Part shown: positions 49,980-61,462 of the stretch, one piece after another
How positions within the stretch are numbered: position 1 is the stretch's first letter
Layout of the letters: each line of letters starts with the position of its first letter
DNA from: Amoebophrya sp. A120
Lineage: Eukaryota > Protista > Dinoflagellata
Reading direction: 5' to 3'
NCBI GenBank assembly: GCA_905178155.1
Contig: CAJINV010000014.1
Location: forward strand, 1,315,242 to 1,379,241
DNA: 64,000 nucleotides
Position numbers and translations under genes: made by a program
Notes under the pieces: model-generated
Databases searched by the model: none
Told to the model about the DNA's origin: nothing
What the model saw: only the letters and a program-made list of their open reading frames with translations

Positions 49980-52900
49980 ATGATGCAAACAGTCATATTT
50001 TCCCGGCTTTCCCGTGCAGTCTGCAACTACAAACTTTTTTGCAAGCGATGTTGCCTGGCGTCGTGGTTCGTCGAACTCGCAGTTTACTTTCTGCTGTTTG
50101 CGACGACCACAAGTCTATCTCTATTCTCGAGTGACGGCGCGAAAAGGGAAATCTCGACAGCGTCCGCCCTGCGGATACGCGGCGTTGCCGTGAAGGAAGA
50201 TGAGGCTGAACCGAGCCGACTCTGTCGATCGAGCGCTCAGCCTGCTCGTCGTGCTTGCGTTCGCTTCGTCACAAAGCGACCAGCTCCGCCGCGATGGCAC
50301 CTCACGGCCATGCGCACCAGTCCAGCCGCTAGTGGTAGTAGTACCTCGACGTCGAGGGCCGCGAGCGCAAGTGGTAAAAGCAAGCTCCTCTACGGCGACA
50401 GACTCCCGGTGGCCTACGAGGAGTCGGAGCGGAGGTACGGGCACGACAGCAGCGTCGGGCCTGCACTGCATGCACCGGCGGTGATTACAACAAGCATGAC
50501 CGGAGGCTGCACGAGCACGAGTGCTGGTGCTTTTGCGGAGGCTAGCGATGAAAGGGACGACCATCGCCCAGGAACAAGCACTCCTGCTGCGCCACTAGAC
50601 GCCACTGCGGATGGTGGTCCTGGTCCGATCCCTATCAAATGTAGAAATATCTGGGTCTGGAAGATTCCGAGATTTGTCATGCAGTTTTTCCAAGCTCCAC
50701 TAAGTCTGGAATGCAGGACCTAGCATCACAGGATCTGCAGCCCCTTTGTGATGCCTGTTCTGCATGAGAAATGCCCCCTCAGCATGGCCAGAAGTGAGCA
50801 CCTTTTGCAAGTCACGCAACACAGATTTTTGTATGATGCGCAACATGCATCACAAGTTGCATTCTTCCAGACCCAGACACTTTTACATTTGATAATTCCG
50901 GCAGAAGTTTTTCGCCGCTACTTGTGGACGGACATGCTTTATCCACGAAAAAACACCCATCCCCATCCAATTTGTCATGCGAAACATGCATAAAATCCAC
51001 TATTTGTCATGCAAAAAATGGATGGGGGTGGGTGTTTTTTCCTGGATATGCTTTTGGAAAAGGGAAAACTCTTGCCGGCTACGCGGTCCTCTGCTCAGCG
51101 GCCTAGGAAGGAACTTCCACCTGCAGGAAAGGACGAAATGCAAGAGGACAGCACTGCCGCCGTAAAAATCCCGCTGAAGTTTCACTACAATGACGGGCGT
51201 GAGTCACAGGAGGGAGGGTTCTTAGCGTCGGTGTCTACTTTGAGGACCGAGCGGCAGGAGGAGCTGCATGAGGGTGGAAAGGAACATCACTGCGTGCCAG
51301 CTGGTCACACACAAGAACCAAGCTCGACCAGCGCAAGCACTACAGCTGTGAGGCCGCGTTCAAAGAATCTCCACGACGCAAGAGCTGCAAGAACAACTGT
51401 GGTCGCTGCAACAGCAAAGCCTATTAAGCCGATCTACACGGAGACTGTGGTGATGCAACAGAAACTGCCAAAACTCCCCGAACCGCTGGACCAATTGGAC
51501 GACGAGAAACCGTTTTCCTTTGCCAACCTACAGAAGCGGAATTCCAGCACATCGCTGCTCCCACCCATAATTCCGCCACGGTCCACAACTCTTGGCGCAG
51601 ATGACCTCACTGTCGGCATCACGCAGTCGGATTTTCAAGGTTCAGCACTTCCGAACTTTCGCAACGGCTGCAACTTCGATGGAACTACTCTTCACAAGGT
51701 CTACGTTTACAACAATCTCACGGCCAACCTGAACGACTGCGAATTTGTCCCGTTTCAAAGCGTGTTTTTGGCCAAAGACTTCGACAGGTTGGCCGATGAT
51801 GAAAAGTGCGAAGAGCTGTGTAATCGTGGTAAAAATGTTGATGCGAAAGGCACTGGTGCTTTGAATTTGAACCTCAAGCAGGAGGATCCGAGATTCGTGG
51901 GGGACGAGCGAGACAGCCAAACCGTAGGACCGAGAACCTCATCGGGAGAAGATCGACTGTCGAAAAGCCAGGGCTGTGCTGGGGCGTTGTTGCAAAGCGC
52001 AGGTATTAATAAAACGGACGTCGAAATGAGTTCTCTCTTTTTCCCCGAACACGAGGCAACACCTTACTCTTTTTTCAATGCAACGACGCTCTTCGCCGCT
52101 ACAGCCGGCGAAGATGAAGAACTACCGCCAGATTTTTGCACCACTTGGACAGTGCCGACATCTGTTCAATCGCTTCCGGCGTCGCCAACAACAGGAGCTG
52201 CAGGTGCAACACGACACCGCGCAGCACACCACCTCCAGACGCTGTCCCCCTGGACCGCGGCCTCCTGTCTGGCTGGCGTTCTATTGTTATCCTCAGCGTC
52301 CCCGCCAATCATCCATCGCAATCTGGAGACATCGCATGTCATTAGCCTTGCAGCTGGAGGTGGGAGCTCCTCGTCTTCGCCCACGAGAACTCCGCTGAAA
52401 ACAAATGCGAGACTAGGCAGTGCTGATGCCAGTGCTGGAGCAACGGGAACCAGAGCCACCTGCTCGTCTTGTAGTGGTCCACCGGGGCACGACGGCTTAT
52501 TTTGCAGAAGATCTACGATGGTAAAGAATCACGTTTTTTGTTGCTCCAAGGGGGAAAAATCATCCTCGACGTCGTCTCGTAGATGCCGGAGCAGCCCAGG
52601 ATTGCTTGAAAGAAGAAAAGCGGAAACACGCGAGGAGGAAGGTGTTAGTTGTACACAAACTCAAACTCCCACCGCAGCTCTACTTCCGCTTGCTTCCGGC
52701 ACAACAGCACCGTGCGACGACGAGGAAGACATAGTGGTCGATGAAAACAGTCCACCACCCGAGGACGGTGTTGAACATCAAGATGAGTCCTCCTCCTGGC
52801 CAGTGAGCGCCGCCATCGGGGATTTTTTCTCCGACTTCGCCACCTCCATAGCGGATACGCTGTTTGGGAACCACGAGCGACGGCTGGAGGAGGCGAAAAG

Positions 52901-55376
52901 GGAGGGAGAGTTCGTGAAAGGTGGACATTTGGATTCGTCTGAGATCGCGCTCTTCCTCCACACTATAGCGTCCTCTGCCGCGTATCAGAAACGCATTTCG
53001 AAATTTTCCTCAAAAGTTGACGGCTGTTATAGTAGTGGAAGAACAGTAGAAGCGTCGAACAAGTCGAATAAAGCTAAGGCGGTCCAACAAGAAGACGCGG
53101 ATCGACGCTATGACGAACAATTACAGGAGGAGCTGTACGCGTTCACAGAGTACCTCGCGAAGAAGCCAATCTTTGGGACAAGACAGGTAAATCCTGATGC
53201 GCGAAAGGACTCCTGGGCTCGTCGTGACACGGTAAAAGACAAGCGGACCATGACGAACAAGCCCGGGGCTGCTGGTCGTACTTCTGCTGGGTTGTTTGTC
53301 GAAAAAAATGCCGGGACGAAAAGTAGATCAAGCAGCGACGACGATGAGGACAAAATCGCCGATGAGGCGTCCATCCTCTACCGTGCTATGTACAAACTGG
53401 AGAGGCGGTTGTGGGTCACCAATGTCGGGCGCGCGATGAAGGAAATTGCGAAATATAGGCGGAATAGCAAATGGATTCTTGGCAGAGATGAAGGGGTAGA
53501 TCTTCATCTTCACGAGGATCTTCATGAAAGTCAGGGCACATCTCCTCATATCATCGATCGGGATCGCCCCAGCAACCCGACTGTGCTCGACGACTACGAA
53601 TTTGCGCTGCAGCAAATCGGCACTAGGGAGTTCCGGGAAGGCAACGCGTTGACCCAGTACGTTTACAAACAGGAACCGGGGAGATGGCAGGCGGGTATGT
53701 ATCTTCGAAGCCGATATATCCCGCTTTTCTATTAATTTCTTTGGCAAGACAGAGACAAACAGCAAAATTGTGATAAAGCATGCCGTTGCCGTCAACTACA
53801 GAATTTCGGAACACTTTTCTGTACTTGTTGTGATTCGGAATACTTTTCTTCTGTACTTACGATTTATATGTGTCTCTACCATACTACAAATCAAAATCAG
53901 GTTACCTGCGCTGCAAATACGTTTCGCACTCGCTCCGACGGTCTTCGGGAACAAGCGGCGGATCGTTGAGCGGTGCCCGCCGGGCGTGGATGTTTTACTT
54001 CCCGGAAAGCATCGCGGAGTTTCTAAAGGACGAGCTCGAGGGGAAAATCACGTTCGCATCGTCGAAGGAAGAAGTAGACTTTTCACAACAAGAACCGGAG
54101 CGGGTTGGAGTTGGAGTTGGAAAGCAAAGCCAGAGCAGCTCGGTTGGAGTTGCTCCACCTCCCGCGCCGGAACAACAACAAGGCAGAACTTTTTCCGCAC
54201 ACCAACAAGCAGCGTCTGTTCCTCGGAATTACCTGAAAAAAGCCGTCGAGGATGCCGAAGATCGCAATCAAGACGAGGAGGAAGAGGAGGAACTTCAACT
54301 GCGACAAACCTCCTCAACTTCCTGGGGCGACTATGAAGGCCTCAAGAGATTGGACACCCTCAAAGTGAAAATAATTTGTAATGCAAAAAAACGACTCCAG
54401 TTGAAGCACCATTTCTAGTCGGGGCATGACAAATTTTCCGGGCACTCAAAACGTGTCTGTCATGCTAGTTAGGCAAACGGGTGCCCTTCTCTCGTGCTAA
54501 TCAGCAGCCCAATTCTGTTGAACCCGTAGAAGCACAATAGTCGGCCTCCATTGCGTTCTCTGCAATACAGTCTTTTTGGTGTCGCATTTCATGCATCACA
54601 AATTATTTCCACTTTGAGAATTTCCATTCTGAGGCTTTCATAGCGACGAGTCCACGGCGACTGGGGGAACCGGTGTGTCGTCCAGCAGTGCCAGCCCCGG
54701 GACATCAACGGCGACGGACGAGTCAGCTGTGCAACTTATTATACCTGTCTCAGGCAGCACCCCCGCCGGAGGAACTCCACCCCACGATAGAACTAGTAGA
54801 GGAGATCCAGATCTTCATTCCGCAATTTCTCGAGAACCACGAGTAGTACCTCCTGCTTCTGGGACGCCCCCGCGGCCACCGCGACACGTCAAAATAAATC
54901 ACATTCGAGTCAACACGAATGCCCTTGTGGCGGACCACTCGCCGGATCATGCTGGGGAGGACGAACATTTTTACCTCAATCCGTTTGTTACCGCTCCCCC
55001 GTCGTCGCCTGCAGCTGGTTCTTCCGCCGCGCAAGGTAAGATTTTCTACGGAAGTAGATCCAGTGGAAGTAACAACCGGGGCGGGGCAGAATCAGCGGAA
55101 GCCGAAGCTGACCACGCATCTTCAAGTGAGGAATTCTATCTCCACGCCACGTCCGGAACATCAACAGCTGGGGTATCCTCTTCAGTGCACCCGCAGCTTC
55201 CCGTCTGTACTAGCTCCGCCGCGCAGGACGAGGACAGGAGGCGCAACCTGCTCCAGTTTTCCAGGGTCCCGAGCATGCGAGAAAACGTGTTTTCCGTTGC
55301 GAATCTTGATGGCTACTTACGCGACGGTGTAGTGGGGTCACACGCCGCGGTGTATTGCAACGAGCCGCTGCCCTGA
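49980..55376 (+). CDS. Hypothetical low-complexity protein, 5 exons
   Basis: Exons ~49980 (or 50310)..50632, 50900..50939, 51054..53694, 53901..54331, 54648..55376. Three introners and one GT-AG intron (53695..53900); all joins are in frame. Start codon uncertain. Confidence 0.7.
50633..50894 (-). mobile_element. Introner, family B (opposite orientation)
   Basis: DR atccc/attcc. IR tatcaaatgta..tctgggtctggaaga / tcttccagacccaga..tacatttgata. Internal sequence is the reverse complement of the 26968 and 48622 copies. Confidence 0.88.
50940..51048. mobile_element. Introner, family C (109 bp)
   Basis: DR tgctt at 50935-39 and 51049-53. 30-bp IR tatccacgaaaaaacacccatccccatcca / tggatgggggtgggtgttttttcctggata. 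Confidence 0.9.
54332..54642. mobile_element. Introner, family G
   Basis: DR gcgac at 54327-31 and 54643-47. IR tatgaaggcctca / tgaggctttcata plus inner ctcaaagtgaaaataatttgtaatgca / tgcatcacaaattatttccactttgag. Frame restored (WGD|EST). Confidence 0.9.
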
Positions 55377-55598
55377 GTACTTAATAAAGGTGACTGAAGT
55401 ACAAATGAATGACGACAATAACAAATAAACCGTTATATATCTATAAATTTTTTATTTTTTGCGAAATTGGAATAGGAAAACGAAAATGTCAATGTCTCTT
55501 TCTTAATTTTTTTTGCTCCTCCGCAGTTATCCTTATGGTCATGAGAATACTTGGTCGTCCTCGTCTTGCACGTCTTCGGTTGACGAGGTTATCAAAAA

Positions 55599-56146
55599 AG
55601 AGAAATTCCAGTAGATAAAACAAGCTTCGACAGCTGCTACACTTGAAATTTGCATCGATGCAGTTGTAATTGTTTGAGCGTACGGCTTGACTTCTGCGAT
55701 TCTGGTTGCAAAGAAATTCAGAAAAGAAAAACGGCGTACCGTGATATGCCTTTTGGGAAACGTACCTCTTCAATACAAGAACACTGACAAGATCAAGTAG
55801 AAGCACCTTTGGGACTGCAATCAATGGCACAAGAGCGAGCCCAGTATGTATGCCTGTTCGCGTATAGACACTGTCTATAGACAGATGTGGACGAGATCTA
55901 CTTTGTGAGGAAAGGATGAAACGGAAGTTGGAGATCCCTACCGTAGTTGACGGTCAACACACATAACCTCCTCGGCCTTTTTTTCTGACTGCCAGCAGTG
56001 CCGAGATAGAAATTATATCCCGGTCCTTTCAGGAGAGTCGGTCGTGTTGAAAATAAAATCAATGAGCCTGGATCCTCATCCTGTAAGCACCGAAAAAGTC
56101 TCATGGGTCAAATATGAATATATGGAGTGCAGATCGAAATCAGCGG
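55599..56146 (+). repeat. Dispersed intergenic repeat, copy 2
   Basis: About 500 bp closely matching 58848..59350 (e.g. ttcgacagctgctacacttgaa, tttgggaaacgtacctcttcaatac, ctgactgccagcagtgccgagatagaaattatatcccggtcctttcaggagag). Confidence 0.9.
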
Positions 56147-56600
56147 TCTCTACAATTCGGGTTTCTGAAAATCCACTAAAAGAAACTTTGATCAAAAATC
56201 ATAGCAGATCTGTGTCGGGGAAGCAAATTCCCACTTGCGCTTGGGATGAGCACGACTGCGAAGGCCTTGCGGATTCAAAAGAACTGCGTCTGATAGTCGT
56301 GGAAATATTCATGAATGACAATCCAGCCAGCACAGCCCTTTTTTCCGACCCACCTAGTCCTAGGGTCATGATGTTGAACAAGAATAAACTAAACAACATG
56401 TGCTGGCGTTGGTCGTCAACATCGCTTTCTTTACTAGTAGTTTAGTTTTAGAATAAACTACCCTCTCTCGTCTCTTTTTATACTATTGTTGCGGTTGTGT
56501 GTACAACGCGCAAGAAAAAGATTTCATTTTTGTGCGGCGAAAGTCTAATCATTTTTGCTTTTCTTTGTCGCTGGCGCGACACACTGTATAATATAAAAGC

Positions 56601-58436
56601 ATGCGCTATTCATCGAGGAGATTCATCTCGACTTTTGTTTTCGTCGTGCTACGTAGCCGCCTCGCGGCCTTCTTCACAGCAGAAGGGGCAGCTTCTGCTG
56701 CTGCTGCTGCTACTACGCCACCCCCAGTCGCCCCATGTAGCGATCCCTCTTGTTTATCGTCCTGGCCTTTCGCCGAAGAGAAGAAGCGCGTTGTGGAGGA
56801 GTGGCATAGGAGCCATGTCTTTGACAGCGTCGAGCATGCTAAGGACTTGAAAGAGTTGGACGCTGGCCATCCTCTGTGCGGTGTGTACTACTTCAATGTC
56901 CACGGCGTATATGATCTGAAAAACAAGTTTAAGATGCAAACGCATGCCCCCCGCCGACAAAATAGATGCAATGTTTCGCGGCTTTTTTGTCCTTTTCGTT
57001 TTCGACGAGGTCGGGGAAGAAGTTATCCCCGAAATGACCCCTTGCTGCCACCAGAACCCGCCGATGAAGAAGATTACCAACATCTACACGAGGCTACGAG
57101 GAAAAATTTTGAGTTCGACGTGCCAGAGAATACGGATCTCATTTTCGCCAGTTTTCCGGGGCATGTGTTCTCAATTTGTGATGACCATGTTCCGAGTTCT
57201 GCGGAGTATAGCCATGTGGGTTATCTGAAAGAGAGTATGGTCGCTCTGCAGAGCTTGGAAAAGGTCGCCGCGACTTCCGGGGCGATGAAGAAAGAAGGAA
57301 ACGGAGAAGCATCACCTGACGGCACAGCTCGATCTACCAGCAGCGCTGCTATGACCACCGAGAGGATTACCAAGGCGCTGAATGATGGCTACAATGCGGC
57401 TGGCCGCGGAAAAGGAAGCGCCCTGCTTTTTCGAAATACGCAGTTTGTGTTTGCCGCGGAATTTCTCGAGCGCAGGAACTTTCTCAATCTAAAGAAGTAT
57501 CTGGAAAGAAGTACGGGGCTGTCGGCAGATGGAGATGAGCAATCGAAATCCTGGGCCTGGCATGTGGCCTCCAGAAGGCAGGGCCATCAGCTGATGCAGA
57601 TCCGAGCAGACGAGCCAAGTCGCTGCGTGTACACATGGAAACGGCTGCGAACGTCGGGTCGAGTAGTTCCTGTAAAATTGAAGTGCGGTGGGGGACGAGA
57701 TGCTGTGCTTCCGGGACATGGCGCTTCCTCGAAGGATGTTGCCTTACAGCGCTTCACCCTTTTCGATGCGCTCCAATGGGTATCCAACGCCCCTGAATCG
57801 CGCCACTGTAAGAGGCGGATGCTCATAAGTCCGCAGTGTCGAAACTGCATTGCAACCGAGGTTTCTCATGTTGCCCGTTTGCACCGACAGCAGCACGGCC
57901 AGAATCAAGTGGGGGAGGCGATGGCCTTACTTAGGCAGCGTTCCTTTGATAATTTTTTCGACAGGAGCAGAAGAACAAGCGACGAGGACACCGCTACAAG
58001 TATGAGCATGTCTAGTAGAGAAATGGACACTGTGGGTTCTGGTTCTGCTGCTCGTGAAGGGGATTTTGGGCAGAACAAAAGAAGGGCAGCGACTAGGCAA
58101 TTAGCAACCGGGCTGGTAGAGCTGTTTGCCACGCTGGGTCATCGTGTTAGAGGCACCATGAATTGCATGGAAGCGTCAAAAGCCTTCCATCTGTTCCGCG
58201 CGGATGTGAGAAGCGAACAGATCCGGAGACACATGACTTTTGAGGCGCTAGCTGTGAAGCGCGAGGCGATTGATGCGATCCTTTCCGCGGCCGATACCGT
58301 TTATATTTTTTGCCAGCAGGAAATGGAAAACGAAGATAGCTCGAAACTGGTGGAGATCCGAGCCGCCTTGCAATCAGCATTCGAAAAGGACTGGGAGCTG
58401 CTGCAAAGCATTCCACCCTTTGAAGATACAAGATAG
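56601..58436 (+). CDS. Hypothetical 611-aa protein with hydrophobic N-terminus
   Basis: Uninterrupted ATG-initiated ORF. N-terminal FISTFVFVVL may be a signal or anchor. No domain recognised. Confidence 0.65.
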   Translation: MRYSSRRFISTFVFVVLRSRLAAFFTAEGAASAAAAATTPPPVAPCSDPSCLSSWPFAEEKKRVVEEWHRSHVFDSVEHAKDLKELDAGHPLCGVYYFNVHGVYDLKNKFKMQTHAPRRQNRCNVSRLFCPFRFRRGRGRSYPRNDPLLPPEPADEEDYQHLHEATRKNFEFDVPENTDLIFASFPGHVFSICDDHVPSSAEYSHVGYLKESMVALQSLEKVAATSGAMKKEGNGEASPDGTARSTSSAAMTTERITKALNDGYNAAGRGKGSALLFRNTQFVFAAEFLERRNFLNLKKYLERSTGLSADGDEQSKSWAWHVASRRQGHQLMQIRADEPSRCVYTWKRLRTSGRVVPVKLKCGGGRDAVLPGHGASSKDVALQRFTLFDALQWVSNAPESRHCKRRMLISPQCRNCIATEVSHVARLHRQQHGQNQVGEAMALLRQRSFDNFFDRSRRTSDEDTATSMSMSSREMDTVGSGSAAREGDFGQNKRRAATRQLATGLVELFATLGHRVRGTMNCMEASKAFHLFRADVRSEQIRRHMTFEALAVKREAIDAILSAADTVYIFCQQEMENEDSSKLVEIRAALQSAFEKDWELLQSIPPFEDTR

Positions 58437-58847
58437 TACAGGTGAAGAGTAAAAGAGCGGCTGCAGTGTGTAGTAGTGTGCCTGATTTCGAAGCGATGAG
58501 AATTTTGGTAGGTCTAGGTGGTCGAATTTCGACCGTCGAAAAAAAGAAGCAGATGAAATCCCCCCGTAAGGACCCCTTCGCATGCCCCCCTCAGTTCAGA
58601 AAGATAAATGACTCTTGCGTGCTGTAAGATTTCATAATACAATTTTTGCGTGCAAGATTTTTTTGGATTCCGCACGGTTTTGAAGATCGTGACCATCGTG
58701 CACGAGTTGTGCAGTTGTTGGACAAACGACCTCCAGTTGCTATCGCAGTTGAAGCACAGAAGACATCGAAAAAAAGCTTGGTCTTGTTGCGATCAACATC
58801 GCGTTGGCCGCGTTTGCTAGTATGTTTGTCAAGTAGAAACAAGAAGT

Positions 58848-59350
58848 CAAATTCCAGCTAAAGAAAACAAGTTTCGACAGCTGCTACACTTGAAGTTTGC
58901 ATCGATGCAGTTGTAATTGTTGCAGGTGTAGTTTCGAGGTGTGGATTTTGAGCGTACGGCTTGACTTCTGCAATTCTGGCCTCAAAGAAATTCAGAAAAA
59001 AAAAACGGAGTACCACGATAGGCTTTTTGGGAAACGTACCTCTTCAATACAACCACACTGACAAGCACAAGATCAAGTTTCAATGGCACATCAAGTACGA
59101 GCCCAGTATGTATACCTGTTCGCGTATAGACAGATGTGGATGTCATTGTCGCGGGGACGAGATCTACTTTGTGAGGAAAGCGAAAGGATGAAACGGCAGT
59201 TGGAGATGATCCCTACCGTAGTGGATGGTCAACACACATAACCTCATCGGCCTTTTTTTCTGACTGCCAGCAGTGCCGAGATAGAAATTATATCCCGGTC
59301 CTTTCAGGAGAGCGAGAGTCGGTCGTCTTGAAAATAGAATCAAGGATCCT
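58848..59350 (+). repeat. Dispersed intergenic repeat, copy 3
   Basis: Matches 55599..56080 with small indels. Confidence 0.9.
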
Positions 59351-59523
59351 CCTGCTCAAATGTAGTGAGGTCACCGAACGGCTCTAACCGGGGAGGTTTT
59401 TTTGACAGCCAGACAGCAAAACGGCCGGCAGTTTAGAAGCGGCCGGAAGTGTTTTTCGACATAAAACGTTTCCAATTATCAAGCAGCTTATTTGGCTGTG
59501 TCGAATAGTGAAGAAAAGTTATC

Positions 59524-61462
59524 ATGTCGGAGCATATCGGCGTCGTTGGCCTTGCGTGTTTGGACACAGTTCTTGTCGTCGAACAGTACCCCAGTGTTGA
59601 CACGAAAAACGTGACGAAAAGTTCCCACGAGTTTGGCGGCGGCAACGGGGCAACGGTCGCCATCGTTGTGCAGCGGCTGCTCGGGGGACGACCGCCCGCA
59701 AGACCAGAAGGCCAGGAGGATCAGCACTCTTGTGAAAATGACGGGGACCACGACCACACCAGCACGAGTGAAAGTGCGCAGCACACCAGCAAGTTGTACT
59801 ACAGCTGCCCCCATCAAGTAGTCGTGCAGTTTGTCGCTCCTATATTCAACGACGAAGCTGGTAGGAAGGTCCAGAAAGAACTGGCAGCCGAGGGATTGTC
59901 ACTCGCTTATGCTGATTTCTCCAACGCCGACACGGGGCGGACCGGCCACAGCTACATCATTCTTGACGAGCAGACGCATGGAAGGACCATTTTTCACACC
60001 ACACAGGAGCCCCGGTCATCGCTATTACTGCCAGGTGAAGAGTTTTTCCAGAAGTTGATGCGGCCGTCTACTGGTGTGGCTCCTCGTCGAGCCGGACGGG
60101 GAGGAATTCTTTTCACCGATGGGAGGTTCGAGGACACTGCACTGGAGATCCTGAAAAGAGCGGCGGAACTCTTCATTGACATTCTCATATCAAGATGAAA
60201 AGTCGCGAGGATCATCTCTGCTCCCCATATGGAAATGGAAATCCGTCGTCGTGTGGGATTTGCATTTGTGTAGTACGCAAAGCAGCTTTGTGTTTCCGTA
60301 GGAGACTGCAGGCACATGATCCTCATCCTAAGCGGCCTGAGCAGAGGGCTTTTAGTGTAGGGGCTCCGTAGCATGGCAGACCCCCCCTGCGTTGGTTTCT
60401 GGCCTTGTTGCAGTATTACAAATTCATCGCTTCTACTATAACACGGCGTGAGCTCTCTGGCGGATTTGCCGTCTTGCAAGACAGAGACGATTTGTGGCCA
60501 CAGATCAGCAGCGCAAATGTTCAGTCGTGCATCTACTTTTCAGCATGGGGACCAGGGGGAATTTTTTGTAACAATATCGGATGGACTGCGAGCGGCTGCG
60601 AAGTTCGTGCACCCGGGAGATGCTGGACTACTGTACGGTCATCTCATGTTCAGAGACTTTTTTGACGATTCTCGAAAACCAAGAGCGCTTAGAGAAGCAG
60701 AAGAGAGGACATCAAAGCGGGAACAAGGACGGTGCAGTTGTTGAAGATGATGAAACTCCTCCAGAGCAGGCAGCTGTTGAAGATTCAGCGTCAACTATCA
60801 CCTCCGCAGCGGCACTACCAGAAGTTGTTGCTGTTGTTCTACCTCAGTCGCAGCAAGACAATGCGATTGCTCGTGAAGCCTCGGGGCCGGCGAAAATACA
60901 AAAGGCGGCTGCGCAACTGAGGAGATTTCTTGCGCGCAAAAAAGTTGAAGAACAAAACAGAAGGCTACGCTTCGCGGTAGTCACCCTTGGGGAGTACGGA
61001 GCAGTTGTTGGGTGGATCGCGGACGACCGGAACAAGGAGTGGGATGATAGTACACGACGAGAAGCCGGCCCCCCGCAGTTGTCACCCGCACAGCCACTAC
61101 TTGAGGAGCATTTTCACATTTACCACGTTCCCGCCTGGCTACCACCTGGCGCTGCGGTCGTTGACACGTGTGGTGCCGGGGATGCCTTCAATGGTGGCCT
61201 CGTCTACGCGTACGCGCAGGGTGCCGCTGGTGCCCAGCGAGGGAGGAGCGAGTGCTGGGAAAACCCCTGTGCACAGGTTTTGTTCGCATCCGCGGTTGCG
61301 GGGCACAGTGTGACACAATTGGGAGCAAGGACCGCAATACCGAAATTGATGAGAAAGAAGGAGGTAGTTCAGGAATTCGAAGACGTAATGGCGCAGCTCG
61401 GGTGCCCCCTGCGTGTGAGCGACTGCGTGCGCCTTGTACAAGTAGAAGAAAACAAATCATAG
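59524..61462 (+). CDS. pfkB-family carbohydrate kinase (ribokinase/ketohexokinase-like), 2 exons
   Basis: VVGLACLDTV, GGGNGATVA, TGHSYII, FTDGRF and the pfkB signature VVDTCGAGDAFNGG. Exons 59524..60187 and 60582..61462 join as IDILMDCERLR. Confidence 0.9.
60188..60576. mobile_element. Introner, family D (degenerate)
   Basis: TAT..ATA ends, DR tctca/tcgga (2 mismatches), homology to 25833..26152. It must be removed to join the two halves of the pfkB kinase. Confidence 0.75.

Noticed and set aside
55650-55665. gcatcgatgcag resembling the 5.8S rRNA motif GCATCGATGAAG
   Set aside because: The flanks are not rRNA-like; it is part of the dispersed intergenic repeat.
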